This document shows positions 49,369 through 64,000 of a DNA stretch of 64,000 bases, piece after piece. The stretch is from the human T2T-CHM13v2.0 reference genome, Homo sapiens. The notes beneath the pieces were generated by a model. The model had not been told where the DNA came from, searched no databases, and saw nothing but the letters and a program-made list of their open reading frames with translations. The stretch lies in NCBI RefSeq assembly GCF_009914755.1, contig NC_060928.1; one strand, given 5' to 3'. The position numbers and the translations under genes were made by a program. Every line of letters starts with the position of its first letter. Position 1 is the first letter of the stretch.

Positions 49369-50941
49369 TGTCACAGGATTCTTGGGGTGTCACTTTTCCA
49401 GCCAGAAACCTCTATGGCCAGTGGCGCCTTTGCCTATTTTCCTTGGACCCACTGGGCTCATTCTGCCCACTCAGTCTGCTCTCAGCTCATGCTACCAGCC
49501 AAGTTCTCATGCCTGCCAAGGGTAAGCCAGGTGCAGAGTGACAAGGGGTGTGTGAGGGAGTGAGCAATGGGTTTGGACACTGCACATAGCCAGGCATGCT
49601 GGCTGCAGCAGGGTGGGCAGCTCCAGGTGCCAGCGTGAGTGCTGGCTCCCTGCGATACTGTGGCTGGACCAGGTGGCTGGACCAGGTGTACTTCAAGCAG
49701 CTTCCACGCCTGGCACTGGGGAACATGGTGGCACCCAGAAGCTTAGAGGCACCAGGAACTGCAGAGCCCCATAGAGGCTGTCACAGCCTGGCTCAGGGAG
49801 CTCCTAGGTCTGGCCAACCCAAAGGGCCACAATTCTTCTTTCCTTCTCTCTTCTTTCCTTCTTGTTGCCTGCAATGAAGTGAGCAAGGAGTGTGTTTCAG
49901 CCCTGTTGGTGTTATGGCTCTTTCAGCCCCACAATTCAGCTGGTCCCGAGTTCTTGTCCTATGTCCAGGAAGAATGAGGTACGTGGACAAATAGAGGGTT
50001 GAGCAAGGAGAAGATGGGCTACGTTGAGCAATGGAACAACTCAAAGGAGACCCGCAGTGGGTCGCTCCTCTCCGCAGGCAGGAAGTCCTCCCGCCGTTTA
50101 GCTCTCAGCAGAGAGGAGACCCACAGTGGGTAGCTCCTCTCTGCAGACAGGGCATCTGGTTATTTTCTCAGGTCTGGCTGAGTCAGGGTTTCTTATGGGC
50201 TTCAGAGTCGGGGAAGTACATGCGGATTGGTCCATGGGTGGCTGTGGGTGGGCTCCGATAAAGCACCATAAGTTCTCACTCTGGTCTGTGGAACTAACAG
50301 CCCAGTCCCCAGGCTTCAGGCCATCCCTGGCTTTTGAAGGTGGTGCTTCACTGGGGACCCACCCCTGACCATCCAGGAGCCTGTCTGCATCCTGCCACCA
50401 TTAACCTCCCATCTACAGTGCCCATGGCACCCAGGTTGTTTGTGCCAAGAGATGCCTGCAGGCCTGCAACGAGTCACCCTTAGCTCTCTTTCAGCCACCC
50501 TCCCATGCTTGCTGGCACCCAAAGTCCAGAGGGGGCCGAGGTGGCAGGGGGCTGGCATGTCAGTGCTTCCCCAAGTGCACACACACAGGCTGGGTTGTGA
50601 CAGTGCCTGGGCTCAGCCATAACTTTCCTCCAAAACTGGAGTGGGTTCCATGAGTGGGGAGAGGCCAGGTAGTGGGAGCAGGCCCTTCTGAGCCTGCAGG
50701 GGAAGGGGGACTTCCTAGGTCCTCAAGAGTGCAGAGATGCCCAGGTCCACAGTTGCAGCCAGGTGGCTGCAGCTTTGCTTGGGAGGGTGGAGTTCCCTCC
50801 TCTCCAACTTGGAAGGTGGCAGGGCTTCTGCCTGCTCCTGGCTCTCGCCGGCTCCATGGGAAGTACAGCCCTGGCTGTACCTCCCCTACTGCAGCTGGTG
50901 TGATGGCAATGGCTGCTCCAGATGGGCCACCACTACAGTCA
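49369..50941 (-). mobile_element. MER52-family ERV1 solo LTR
   Basis: TG...CA termini, 4-bp TSD atgc (49365-49368 and 50942-50945), GC-rich, and reverse-complement similarity to 55855-57150. Confidence 0.85.
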
Positions 50942-51529
50942 ATGCCATCAACTGCTTGTCAATCATTCATCTGTTTTTCAGTTCCATGCCAGACCTATGC
51001 TAGCATATAAGTAAATAGCAGTGAATAAGATGCCCAAGTTCTTTGTCCTATACAACCTAGTAACCTTGGATGAGGTTCATAAATTTTCTGAAAATTTGTA
51101 AAGAAGGGAATTGAACTAGATGGTTTTGAATGGGACTTCAATCTCAAAATTGAATGCCTCTAATATCTTCCATTAGCATGGAAGAGAGATGGGGACAGAT
51201 TTCTACACTTTTCTTGCTCTCATTCCTTCCTTTTCCCAAGAGCATTAGGGTACAGAAGGAGAGATTTGAATGAAATCAGTAGAAGAAACACTCCTTTTCA
51301 GACAGAAAGAAGTACTAGAGAGAGAATGAGAGAAAAAAGGAGAAAGAGATCCTAAATCATAAAAGTTTTTAAACCTCTGAAAAGCTTTAAAAATCAGGAA
51401 CATATTTCTTCGTGTACCCTTCATGCCATCTTCAACCAATATTAATCCTATGCTCTATTTGTATAACTTGTGTTCTCTTAAGTTATTAAGAAGTCTATGA
51501 ATAATCTTTAACACTTCCTCAGCACCTTG

Positions 51530-51720
51530 TTTCAGGCACTACTTAGATATTTTACTTGCATGAATCCCCCCAACAACCTTAGGAGGTAGAAATTATTATT
51601 ATCCTTATTTTTCAGAGAGTTCAAGAGGTCAAACATTAATAACTTGTCTGAGGTTACACAGCTAGAAAGCGGTAGACCTAGGATTTGAATGCAGATGTCT
51701 GGCATCACTAGCTCACACTG
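51530..51720 (-). mobile_element. MIR
   Basis: 'caacaaccttaggaggtag...aggttacacagctagaaagcggtagacctaggatttgaa'. Confidence 0.75.
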
Positions 51721-52054
51721 CCTCACTGACCCATTATCTAACCAAACTGGTACTTCCATTGTCATGATTTTTCATTACTGTTACTAGCAAATGTTACTAG
51801 TGAAATATTTTAGATGTCATCTCTTTCCATCACAGACTGATGAATGTTCACTTAAGATCTTGTCTTTCTTTCCATTTCTGCCATAATGAGAAAGAAAATT
51901 TAAATAAAGATGATTTTAATTGTTTGCTCCCATATTAGTTTCCTAGGGTCGATGCAACAAGTTACCACAAATTGGGTTGCTTAAAACGGAAATTTATTCT
52001 TACCCAGTTGTGGAAGTCAGAATTCCAAAATCAAGTTCTTGGCAAAGTTAGTTC

Positions 52055-52736
<682 letters not shown>

Positions 52737-52821
52737 TGAAGACTTAGGATAGATCTGTCTACATCACAATATTATGCCCACTGCCTATCATCTCTCCTTT
52801 TATTATCACTTTTTAAAAAAA

Positions 52822-52906
52822 TTTAACTTTTATTTTAGGTTCAGGGGCACATCTGCAAGTTTGTTACATGGATAAATTGTGTGTCTTTGAGGTTTGGGTC
52901 ACAAAT
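52822..52906 (-). mobile_element. Short 3' end of an old primate L1 (L1PA15/16 or L1PB-like)
   Basis: 'ttttattttaggttcaggggcacatctgcaagtttgttacatggataaattg'. Confidence 0.7.
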
Positions 52907-54934
52907 TAGATGCATCACTTCAATCTCTACCCTCATTTTCATATGGCCTTCTCCCATATGACTCTGTGTCTCAAAACTCTCTGTTCTTTACTTATAAGAA
53001 TACCAGTCATTGGATGTAGGGCCCTTTCTAAACCCAGAATGATTTCGTCTTGAGATCTCTAATGTAATTATATTTGCGAGACTTATTTCCAAATAAGGCA
53101 ACAGTCATGGCTATTAGAGATTAGGACTTGGATGTATCTTTTTTGGGGCACTCTATTTTATTTAACTTACTATAGCTTTATTGTATGAAATAATTTGTCA
53201 CAATATTCTCTTCATGCTGTTAATCAGTGGCTGTTTGTTCATTAATTCAAGAAATATTGACTGAAAACTGCAACCATGTACAGGATACAGCTGTCCTGGG
53301 AGAGAGGGAGAGGAAGAGATACAACAGAGAAGGAACTAAACAAGGTCATTTCAAAGAATAAAAAATGGTATGAAGGCAATTAAACAGGAGAATAGATTCT
53401 CATTGACCTATGAGCCTGAAGTATCTCCTTAAATATCAGTCATAGCTCTTGATACTGTCAGTAACTGTATGATTTTATTTTTAAAATAAATTCTACTTCG
53501 AGTTTTATTTATGTTGCAGAAAATCTTTCTTGGTATAATAAATTGGTCAAAAGAAACGAGATGTCATTACTCAACTAACATGTCAAAAAAAATATTGACC
53601 TATGAAGGAAATAACATACTAGATTCTCTGATTTCCCTAGAGTATTGGAGGAAATTGAATTAGGAAAAAATAGCAAAAGCACCAATTCACCAAACATCAA
53701 TTTCCCCAACTCTGAAGCAGTACTGCATTGTAAGATCACTATCAAAAATGTCCTCAGGGACCTTTATCCACAGGAACATACAATTTTTGGAAAAAATCCA
53801 ACCTGCTCTAACTGCTCATGTTTTACTCAGCAATTGCAAAATTTTCACAAAATATATTGGTGAATGGCCTGGAAGATGTTTTTCAGGGAGTAATTCATTG
53901 AGCTTAAGATGATTTCTTGCAACTCGAATTCAAACAGTACTAGAACATTAGTCTTCATAACGCACCTAAGGACTATCTTATCCCTATGGCTTTATGATCA
54001 CTGAGTGCAAGCAAGGCCTTTTGGTAATGTTTTGTGAACCACTGAGAAATTGTTTTGGCATGCTTTTTGGATTTAGGGGTGGGTGGTTATATGCCCGTTT
54101 TGTTTCTGCACAAATTATATTTTTTTGTTCAATTTTAGTAATTGGGTACCAGCAGCTGGAATTATTTTACTGAAGTTCATGAACCCTTTTATAGTGCTAG
54201 AAACTAAAAAGGCAAAAACATTTATTCTAACTTGAAGTGTGGATTCAAGTGAAGTCCTAGTTTACTCTGATGAAAGAGATTTGGCTTGTTGCAGCAAATA
54301 TTTCAACTCTGCACCTTGATTTGCTGGAGAACTTCTTCATTATCTGGACAGGAAAGAGCAAGGCTAAAATTTACCTTTTCATTAGGAGTTTAGATACTCT
54401 CCCCAACTTAAATGACTTAAATGACTTTTTTGGAAGTCATTTAATAATAAGTTACACAAAAACTATTGCATGAAGCACTACATGTCAGTTGTTATTTATT
54501 GAATCTGCATTGACAAAAGAAGGTAAAAGAAATGAGTAAGAATGTAAAAAATTAGTGGACTACAAAATAAGAGGAATGAAATTAACTCAACTGTATTTAA
54601 GTGTCCGAGTGAGTTGTTTTCTTTTATACTTAATGAGTTTATGCTGTATTCTCTTTGTCCAAAATAAGATATGATGTCTGTAAAATTTTTGATATTGGCA
54701 AATTTGTTTAGATGTGTCTCTTGCAGCGCTTTTATCCTTATTCATTTGCTCTATGGAAACGGGTTCAGGGTTTGCTGTGTGCTAGGCACTGTACTATATA
54801 TTAACACTTGATGCGTGGAGGTAAACCAAACAAATATGGTACCAGTGCCCAATGAGTTGGGGTGGTAGAAATTAAGTAAGAATATATATGAATAAATAAA
54901 CATTTTCATACAGTGATAAGTGCTATTTATAGTG

Positions 54935-55115
54935 CTAGGAAAAAAATCCCAAAGTGTTTTTTTTTTACTCTTACACAGTAACTCAACATTTCTGACACCA
55001 GATGTGTGGGGTACTTTTTGTTGTTGTTTTTGTTTGTTTATTTGTCTCACACCAACCAAGCAATTCTCAAGTGGACACATACTAAGTGTCCTATAATTTA
55101 ACTAAATATACCTGG
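54935..55115. mobile_element. MER21-like LTR fragment
   Basis: 'actcaacatttctgacaccagatgtgtggg...caccaaccaagcaattctc...gtgtcctataatt'. Confidence 0.5.
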
Positions 55116-55129
55116 TAGAGGACCTTGTG

Positions 55130-58100
55130 TCAATATTGATGGCTCCTGGCTGATTAGAGTGGTGGTTGTTGAAGTTTGGGGTGCCTGTGTCAATTTCTAA
55201 GAATAAGAAAATAAAGTTTGCTGTATCAATTGACTCTTCCATGAAAGATTTCCTATAGCATGTGATGATATTTAATAGCATTTGATCCACAGTAGAACTT
55301 CTTCAAAATTGGAGTCAGTCCTCTCAAATCCTGCTGTTGCCTTATCAACTAATTTTATGTAGCATTCTGACCATTTTGTTGTCATTTCAACAATGTTCAC
55401 AGCATCTTCAGCAGGAGTAGATTTCATCTCAGGAAGCCACATTCTTTGAGCATTCATGAGAAACTACTCCTCACTCATTCAAAGTTTTATCATGAAACTG
55501 CAGCAATTCAGCCCCATTTTCAGGTTCTACTTCTAGTTCTAGTTCACTTGCAATTTCCACCACATCTGTATTTACTTCCTCTATTGAAGTCATGAACCCG
55601 TCAAGATCTCCATGAAAGTTGAAATCAATTTTTTGCAAATATTGATATTTTGACCTCCTCCCATAAATTACAAATGTTCTTAATGGCATCTAGAATTATA
55701 AATCCTTTCCATAAGGTTTTCAATTTATTTTGCCCAGACCCATCAGAAGAATCACTCTCTATGACAGCTATTGCCTTAAAAAATTTTTAATAATAAGACT
55801 TGAAAGTCAAAATTACCCCTTGACTCGTGAGCTGAAGAGTGGATGTTGTGTTCGTGATGGCAGCCATGGGCCATCTGGTGCAGCTGCTGTTATCATGTTG
55901 GCCACTTCAGGGTGCACAACGAGGAGGCAGACAGCACCCCCACCCCCTGTAGCCCACTGCCCTAAGGGGCTGGTTGTGCACCAGGCAAGAAGGAGCTCAG
56001 GCCGCCCCTGGGTGCCAGCGCCACAGGAGGAGCTCACAGCAACATCGTCCCTGCCCCAGATGCTAGCCCAGGCCCAGCAAGGACTTGAAGCCCCCATTCC
56101 AGGCTGTGATGGGCATAGCCCAATGCCATGCTCCATGGAGCCAGTAGGGGCTGGGGACAAATGGGTGCAACTGCAGCTGCCCAAGCCGCCACTGAAACCA
56201 GGGCACTGCTGTGCTTGTGGGCAGAGCTGCAGCTACTCAAACCACAGCTGTAGATCCGAGCCTCCCTGTGATCTTGGGGAGCCAGGAACAGGCAAGAGCC
56301 CTGCCCGCCCAGGTGCAGCAGCAGGAGCTGCCCAAACCATGGCTGTAGACAGGCATCCCTGTACTCTTGGGGGCCTGGGAAGGTCCCCCTACCCTCAGAG
56401 GCTTGGAAGTGCCTGCTTCTGCTGCCAGGCCTCTCCCTGCTGTTGGCACCCACTCTGATCACCAGCAAAGTTGGGGCAGAGCCAGTGGGCCATGAATGAT
56501 ACTGAGAGGCAGATTCCTGAACAGAAGGGGGCGGGTCCCGGGTAAGGACCCACCTTCAGTCCAAGTAGGGCCTAAAGGCTGGGGGCTGAGCTGCCAGTCC
56601 TGAGGACCTAAGTGGGGACATGTGGTTCCTCTTCCAGGCCTGCCTATGGCTGCCCAGGGACTGATTGGCATGCACTTCCTCCCCTGTGAGGTCCATAATA
56701 AGCCTGGGGCTCAGCCAGAGCAGAGGACAGACAGACTGTGGGATGACCAGCTGCAGAGAGGAGCTACCCTCTCTTCTGAGAGACTCAGAGACCTGAAGAG
56801 ATGTCAGGACTACAGCTGCAGAGAGAAGCAGCCCTCTCTAGGACCTACTCTCTGCTGAGAGCAGAAGATACTGGGACGACCAGTAGCAGAGAGCAGCTAC
56901 CCTCTCCAGGGCCTCCTCTCTGCTGAGAGTTGAACATTTGACAGGAGGAACTGCCTACAGAGTACAGCTACCTGCTGTGGGTCTCCTCTGAGCTGCTCTA
57001 ACACTCAATAAAGCTCCTCTTCGTCTTGTTCACCCTCCATTTGTCTGCATACCTCATTCTTTCTGGATGCAGGACACGAACTTGGGCAAAGGCACCACTG
57101 GCCACAGAAGTTTCCAGCCAGAAAATTGACACTCCAAAGATCCCGTAACATTAGCAGTCATGAAAACAACATTCTTTTTGCACATCTCCATCAGAGGTTT
57201 GGTTTATCAAGGGCATTGTCAATGAGCAGTACTATTTTGAAAGAAATCTATTTTTCTGAGCAGCCGGTCTCAACAGTAGGCTTAAAACATTCAATAAACC
57301 ATACTGTAAACACACATGATGTCATCCAGGTTTTGTTGTTCCCTTTATAAAGTATACACAGAGTAAATTTACATAATTAATAAGGGTCCTAGGATTTTGA
57401 CATGGTAAATAGGCATTGGCTTCAACTTAAAGTCACCAGCTGGATTAGCTGCTAAAGAGAAAGTCTGCCTCTCCTTTGTAGTTTTGAAGCCAGGCCTAGA
57501 CTTCTCTCTAGCTATGAAAGTGCTAGATGGTATCCTTTTCTGATATAAGGCTGTTACTGCTACACTGCAAATATGTTGCTTAGTGTAGCTACCTTTATCG
57601 GTTATCTTAGATCTTCTGGATAGCTTGCAGCTTCTACATCAGCACTTCTTGCTTCACTTTGCACTTTTAGGCTATATAGATGGCCTCTTTCCTTAAATCT
57701 CATGAACTAACCTTTGCTAGCTTCCACCTTTTCTTCTGAGGCTTCCTCACCTCTCTCAGCCTTCATAAAATTGAAGAGAGTTAGGGCCTTGCTCTGGATT
57801 AGGCTTTGGCTTAAGGGAATGTTGTGGCTGGTTTGATCTTCTATCCAGACCTCTCAGATTTTCTCCATGTCATCAATAAAGCTATTTTGCTCTCTTATCA
57901 TTTGTGTGATCCCTGGGCTAGCACTTTTAATTTCCTTCAAGTACTTTTTACTTGCATTCACAACTTGGTTATCTGTTTGATGTAAGAAGCCTAGCTTGGG
58001 GTCTATCTCATCTTTCCACGTGCCTTATTCACTAAGCTTAATAATTTTTAGCTCTTGATTGAAAGCAAAAGATGTGTGACTCTTCCTTTTACTTGAACAA

Positions 58101-58487
58101 TTAGAAGCCATTTTAGGGTTACTAATTGGCCTAATTTCAATATTGTGTCTCAGGGAATAGAGAGAGTGAGATAGGGGAATGGTTGATGGAGCAGTCGAAC
58201 AGAACACACACAATGTTTACTGATTAAATTTGCCATCTTATATGGGAGTGGTTTGTGGTGCCTTAAAACAATGATAATAGTAACATCAAAGATCACTGGT
58301 TATATATTACCATAAAAGATACAGTAAGAATGAAACAGCTTGAATTACCAAAATGTGACGGAGACATGAAGTGAGCACAGGCTGTTGTAAAAATAGCGCT
58401 GATTGAATTGTCACAATCCTTCAATTTGTAAAAAACACAATATCTGTGAAATAAATAATGTGAAGCCAATAAAACAAGATGTGTCTG
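55130..58487 (-). mobile_element. Tigger1 DNA transposon, decayed, one end missing, split by MER52
   Basis: TIR 'caataaaacaagatgtgtctg' plus TA at 58488. Transposase remnants 'KRKSHTSFAFNQELKIIKLSE' and '[16 protein letters not shown]...[15 protein letters not shown]'. Confidence 0.9.
55855..57150 (+). mobile_element. MER52-family ERV1 solo LTR nested in Tigger1
   Basis: tgatggcagc...gatcccgtaaca, AATAAA near 57007, TSD ttcg/ttag; Tigger1 sequence resumes on both sides. Confidence 0.87.
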
Positions 58488-58978
58488 TAGCAGGATTGAA
58501 CATGTGACTTTTGCCATGATATCATTATTTATGTAGTAGAGTGTTATTATGAAGCGGATTGTAATACATTTACAGCTGGGTTTGTTCACAGTATTTGCCT
58601 TTGCACTGCTCCTATTTGCCTTCCTGATGAGAGGAATTCTAACTAGACTGGCAATATTGTGTTTTTTAAACTTTGAGAATTAGTCTGTTGGTCCATGTGC
58701 TACACACACCATTTGGACCAATTCTTTTGTGGGGGAAATTTTCAAGAGTGTTGAAAGCATTGGTGGAGGAAATTCACTGCTTTGAGGTTTCCATCTAATA
58801 CAAAATGTTTTCCTTTGAAACCTTTTGTCAATCTCAATATTCTCTTTTATTGGTCTCAATTTTAAAAATCTGCTCCTTGGATGTAAGACTGTGTATTTAA
58901 TACTAAACTATAAACTGGTAGTTGTATTCCTAAGAGCCCTTGAGTTAGCATAAACCATATTATAAAATAATTGTTTCA

Positions 58979-59342
<364 letters not shown>

Positions 59343-59549
59343 TTAGTTTTGCCATTGGGTGTTACTTTTCTAACAGGAATTCCAATCATAATTTTACAAC
59401 TGTTAATATACAGCTAAAAATAAAAACAACAATGAAAAAAACCCATCTTTGACTCCAAATAACTCTTCCTTCCCTTTCCTACCAACTCCAACACTGTTGT
59501 TGATACACTTCTTCTAACACAGTTATGATATTGGCTAATTTTCATTAAG

Positions 59550-59720
59550 CACTGACTACATACCAGGCATCATTGCAAGCATGTTGCAAATATTTTCTTA
59601 TTTAATCTTCATAGCAAGCTTATTATGTAGGAGTTTTTATTTTGCATTAGCTTCGTTTTCCAGATATGGACATTGTGGCAGTTAATTATTTTGCCCAAGT
59701 TCACAAAATCGGTAGTATGA
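59550..59720 (-). mobile_element. MIR
   Basis: 'ttatttaatcttcatagcaagc...ttttccagatatggacattg...ttgcccaagttcaca'. Confidence 0.6.
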
Positions 59721-61629
59721 CAACATTGTCTATCCTCTCTAGCCTATAAATGCTATACTCTTTTTCTGATTCCTTATTATGGCTTGGAGATCTCCTTATA
59801 ATTGATTAAGAAGAAAGTATCAGTGCAATGCAAAGAATGTTTCTTCAGCAGCTAAGTCTTATTGTATCTTCTTTATGAGAAACAGACTGGGAGAAAAGCC
59901 TATAAAAAGGAATGTCATTAATATTGAGTAAGATGTGTTTATGAGGTGCTAACAAACCCATTTATAACTACATGAAAAATATCAATTGGGTCTATTTTCA
60001 CAAATTCACTTACAGAAGGATGTGACCTTGATAGGATCTCCCAGTAGGAAAACCCTAGGGTGGGGTCATTTGTTGTAGATGTGACTGAAGGCACGTGTAA
60101 TTACAGACAAAAAGGGTCTTTGGACAGGTCGGATGATGCCTAGCTCATTGGTACTTAAATAAATACAGTAATACTTAAAATAGGACTCTAATTAGGTGAT
60201 TTATTTTTCTCAATTCTGATATGCAGTAAGTGATTACCTTGAAGCGCTCAAGAGGGCAGATGCATGCACACCAAGGTTGATGGTTTGGCTTCTGGCAGAT
60301 TAACTATAAAATTCCTCCTCCCTTCAGGATTATAAGCTCCTGGTATAGAGTTTAAAAATACATAATTACAGGAAATATCATATTTTGTTCATGCAACTTT
60401 AAAAAAAGCCCCTAAAATTTCTGTAAATAAAGCTTGTATTAGATGCTTTTCTTTTCAGAACTAAAAATATTCACCTAATAATCAGAAATTGTTTTAACAC
60501 GTTAAAGTTTTCTTTTCCTATTCCCTTAAAAAATTGAGTTCTGCTGTGTCAACGTGGCTAAGTCTGCCCTAGGCTACTCTTGATGATGGAATTTATAGAA
60601 TAAACAGCAAAGATGATGAAAGGTAACCTGAACTGAATTTTTCCTGAACTTGAATGAGGTCGAGAGATCACTCTGCACATTCTTTCCAAGCTGAAAATTC
60701 ATTTCAGTTGTTGCTGTTACTGTATTCCATCTATGCACAAAGTGAAAGGAAAACTTGTGGCAAAAGTTTATAAGCTGGAATGGTTTATTAAAACATTAAA
60801 GAAAATGAACGTTTGGAAGGAACATTATCAATATCTATGGAAATACTGTGAGATATGTTATAAACGTAGACACGGAATTTATTTATGTTAGTGATGTTCA
60901 CTTTTGAGAACTCCATTAGTAGAAGCCATCCTACTAAAAGGCATCTGTATCACTTAAAATATCCCAGGGTAAATCTGAAGAAAACCAAAGGAGGGAAATT
61001 CTATAGCTGAATGTTTAGGCAATACATCTGTAGAGACAGGCACTACAAGAGATGTTGGTCATTGGAATTCCTGCTTTTTATTTGTATTCATTTTTTTCAA
61101 ACTTCTATTAACAGAATATTAGGTTTTGTTGAAGTCACTATCACACTTGCCTTTCATTCTTTCTTATTTATTTAATTATGACCTATTTTCCTCTGCTAGG
61201 ATATAATACTAATAAGAGCAAGCGTTTTACAGTTAATTCAGTACCCAAGGGTCCTAGAAACCATGGCTGATAGATGGTAAGCCCTCAGTGGAGGAAAGAA
61301 CAAGGTAATTTTTTTTTTCCCAACACCCTCTAGAGAACCTAGTGCTGTGCTTTGTACACAGGTCAACAAGCATTTGTGGGGCAAATAAAATTAATAGGAA
61401 TTAAAGCATTTCTGTCATCATCAAAGTTAATTGCATTTTGGTGACTGGAAAATAACCCCAAATCAGAAATACATCCCAGAAGAAACTGATGCATGCTCAC
61501 ATTTCAGGGTGAAGGGCTACGAGTCCTTAGACAATAAACCGCTGTAGAAGGGAGAACAGCGCTTTGTAAACAGAAGAAAAGAGGTGGTCATCAATAAATA
61601 ATACTGACTCAGCAAATTCTTTGAACATA

Positions 61630-61870
61630 AGAGTGTCTGAGTGGCTACTCTTTATTGGGTGGCCATAGAAGGCATTTATAAAGAGATGGTGTTTAGTCTG
61701 AGCTCTGAAAGAGAAGAAAGATACATTTATAAACATGATATAGAAGAGCATTTCCTGTGGGGAAGCAGCTGGTGAGAATGAGCAAAGTACATTTAAGGGA
61801 AACCAGTAAGTGTTGCCTTGGATTTCATTACGATTGCAATCAGAAGCCACTGGAAAGTTTTAAGAACATG
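61630..61870 (-). mobile_element. L2 fragment
   Basis: 'gagatggtgtttagtctgagctctgaa...agccactggaaagttttaag'. Confidence 0.5.
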
Positions 61871-63518
61871 AATGATGTCCAGACTCATCAAATTGTATGC
61901 ATTAAATATGTGGAGTATATTGAATATTAGTTATACTTCAGTAAATCTATTTAATACAAACAAATAATAGCAACAAAACATTCCCCTCCCCCCTCAAAAA
62001 GTAAGACACTTTCAACAGGCGTCATTGGAAGTATTCTGTCCCAAGAACAGCTTCTTCCACAACACTTTATTGTTTCATTTGTGATCTGCATCAGCAATCA
62101 TCAGCTATCACTTGCTTTCTGGCTCAGGTTAAAAAATCTTGTTTCCTGTCGTGAGGAAAGGGCAGAAGGGAAATTGGCAAGGGGGAAATCTGGTGTGATC
62201 CAGTGACTCACAAGTTCATCCCTAACTTTTATTGCCAGATAATGTTTAAACACTTCTGGCTTTTGCTTTCTCTCTGGGGTCATTTATAATTTTTTTTCTA
62301 AAATCCTTGCCATCCTTTACCTCCCTGAGCATTCAATATCCCCTCTAACTTCTGCTGGGAATCTAAGATGTCAACAACATGTTATTTAGATGAAATGCTG
62401 CTATCCTTTCCTTTACTGGGGTTGTCATTCCCTATTGTCTGCCCATACAAATAGCTGCACCTATAGGACTTTGATCTGCTGTCAGTCTGGACAACATTAC
62501 TTTCTTATTTTACCTGTTGTCCCAATATCAATATATCTAAATAGACTTCTCTGTAATATTACACAAAGTCGCTTGTAAGATAACCTGGTTCTTGCCCGAG
62601 TTTATGACATCCTGTGGTTTGCTGCCTTATCATTTTTAAAGCCAAGACTTTTAAAAATCATAGCTTAAGGTTTGTTTAATTTCACAAATGCAAAGTACAG
62701 AATTTGGCTACTATTGGGAGCCCCCATATTTTTAATGATTTAATTAAAGTTATATATCCCATCTGTATAAGAGCTTCCTTTTATCTTCCAAAAGAGATGG
62801 ATTTCCATTCTTTCCTGTTTACTTTTGAAATTCAGCACTTCAATGGTCTTCAAGCCATAATTTTGGCTTATGTAATCACTATGATCAGACTTCTTTATTG
62901 GAGTCAGTGGGAGATTACTGTCTTAAGGCAATTATGGTAAAGTTGAGAAGTGACCTCAGAAACAAGGTATATAGGGAAAATAATTAGTTTTGTGAAGACA
63001 GGAAAAACATTTAGGACAGTGTATGTTCTCTGATCTCATGATTTATAGATAGTTGTTTGATATAAGTAAATAGTTATTTTCTAAACCACACAGACTTATC
63101 CAAATGCCAGTTATGACCTTCCCTTAAAGTGAGAAGTAAGCTTATGCCACACTGTCTCTTAAGCCATTTTACTATCTCCAAATGAATCAATGCATACCTC
63201 AATATATCCATCCTTGTTTTGCTGATGTAACTGGGTTGAACAAAGAAGCTCATCAACCCAATTACTCTCTACAAAACAAAGTATGCTATCTCTCAGCTAT
63301 GGGTTCAGGCTCTGGCTTATGACAAAACACCACTAACAAAAATATACAGGCTGGTGTTTACAATCCTGGCTTTCTTTGATCCTGACTGGCCAAATTTCAT
63401 GGCAGGTGCCAAGAAGAAAATTAAAAATATATATATAGCTATGACTCTGACTTTTACACTTAAGCTGTGGTAATATACTAGGAAGCAATTACAAGGGTAC
63501 CTCAAAAACTATAGCTAC

Positions 63519-63910
63519 TGCTATGGACTGAATTGTATACCCCCATATTCATATGTTGAAGTCCTAACTCCTGATGTGATTGCATTTGGAGATAGGGATT
63601 TTAGGAGGTAATTAAAGTTAAATAAGGTTATAAGGGTGGGGTCCTAATCCAATAAGATTGGTGGTCTTACAAGAAGAGGAAGAGAGAAATCTCTCTCTCT
63701 ATCCATATGCATGCACTGAGGAAAGGCTATGTTAGGACACAGCAAGAAAGTGGCTGTCTGCAAGCCAGGAAGAGAAGGGCCTCATAAGAAACACTCTTCC
63801 AGACCTTGATCTGGGACATGTAGCCTGCAGAACTGTGAGGAATACATTTCTGTTGTTTAGACCACTCAATCTATGGTGTTTTGTTATGGCAGCCTGAGCA
63901 GACTAATACA
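63519..63910 (+). mobile_element. MLT1B-like MaLR solo LTR
   Basis: tgctatggactgaattgt...gcagactaataca; 5-bp TSD gctac/gctgc. Confidence 0.9.
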
Positions 63911-64000
63911 GCTGCCTTTAGAGAGAACCAAAGAGAAGACGAGATATGGTTTCTTGGAGCAAGAAATGTAGTTGCAGTTTAAACTGTCCTTAAAGTTATT

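Noticed and set aside
50040-50150. Repeated ggagacccRcagtgggt..ctcctct units as a CRISPR-like array
   Set aside because: These are internal repeats of the MER52 LTR, also seen in the second copy, in eukaryotic DNA.
55730-56458. 242-aa ORF and overlapping ORFs as a gene
   Set aside because: It spans a Tigger1/MER52 junction in GC-rich LTR DNA, is open on both strands and shows no recognisable domain.

Overview
Human (hominid) AT-rich, repeat-dense intergenic or deep-intronic DNA. I recognised no host protein-coding exon, and every long ORF lies in a transposon. The main elements are two full-length minus-strand LINE-1s (an older L1PA4/5-like copy at about 4071-10236 and a human-specific L1HS Ta-1nd copy at 17007-23066 with intact ORF1 and ORF0 and one ORF2 frameshift), an AluYa5, several older Alus, two MER52 solo LTRs, a Tigger1, MLT1 LTRs, a MADE1 MITE and ancient L1M/L2/L3/MIR fragments. 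The most notable observation concerns the older L1. Its 16-bp target-site duplication (1976-1991 and 10237-10252) encloses the L1 plus about 2.06 kb of 3'-transduced flank with its own AATAAA and poly(A). That flank holds an antisense L1MA fragment able to fold back on the L1's own ORF2 3' end. Both arms of this ~1-kb hairpin, and essentially nothing outside it, carry dense A-to-G changes on the transcribed strand in ADAR sequence context. I infer a genomic fossil of an ADAR-hyper-edited RNA that was reverse-transcribed into the germline. Subfamily names and boundaries of old repeats come from remembered consensus sequences and are approximate.
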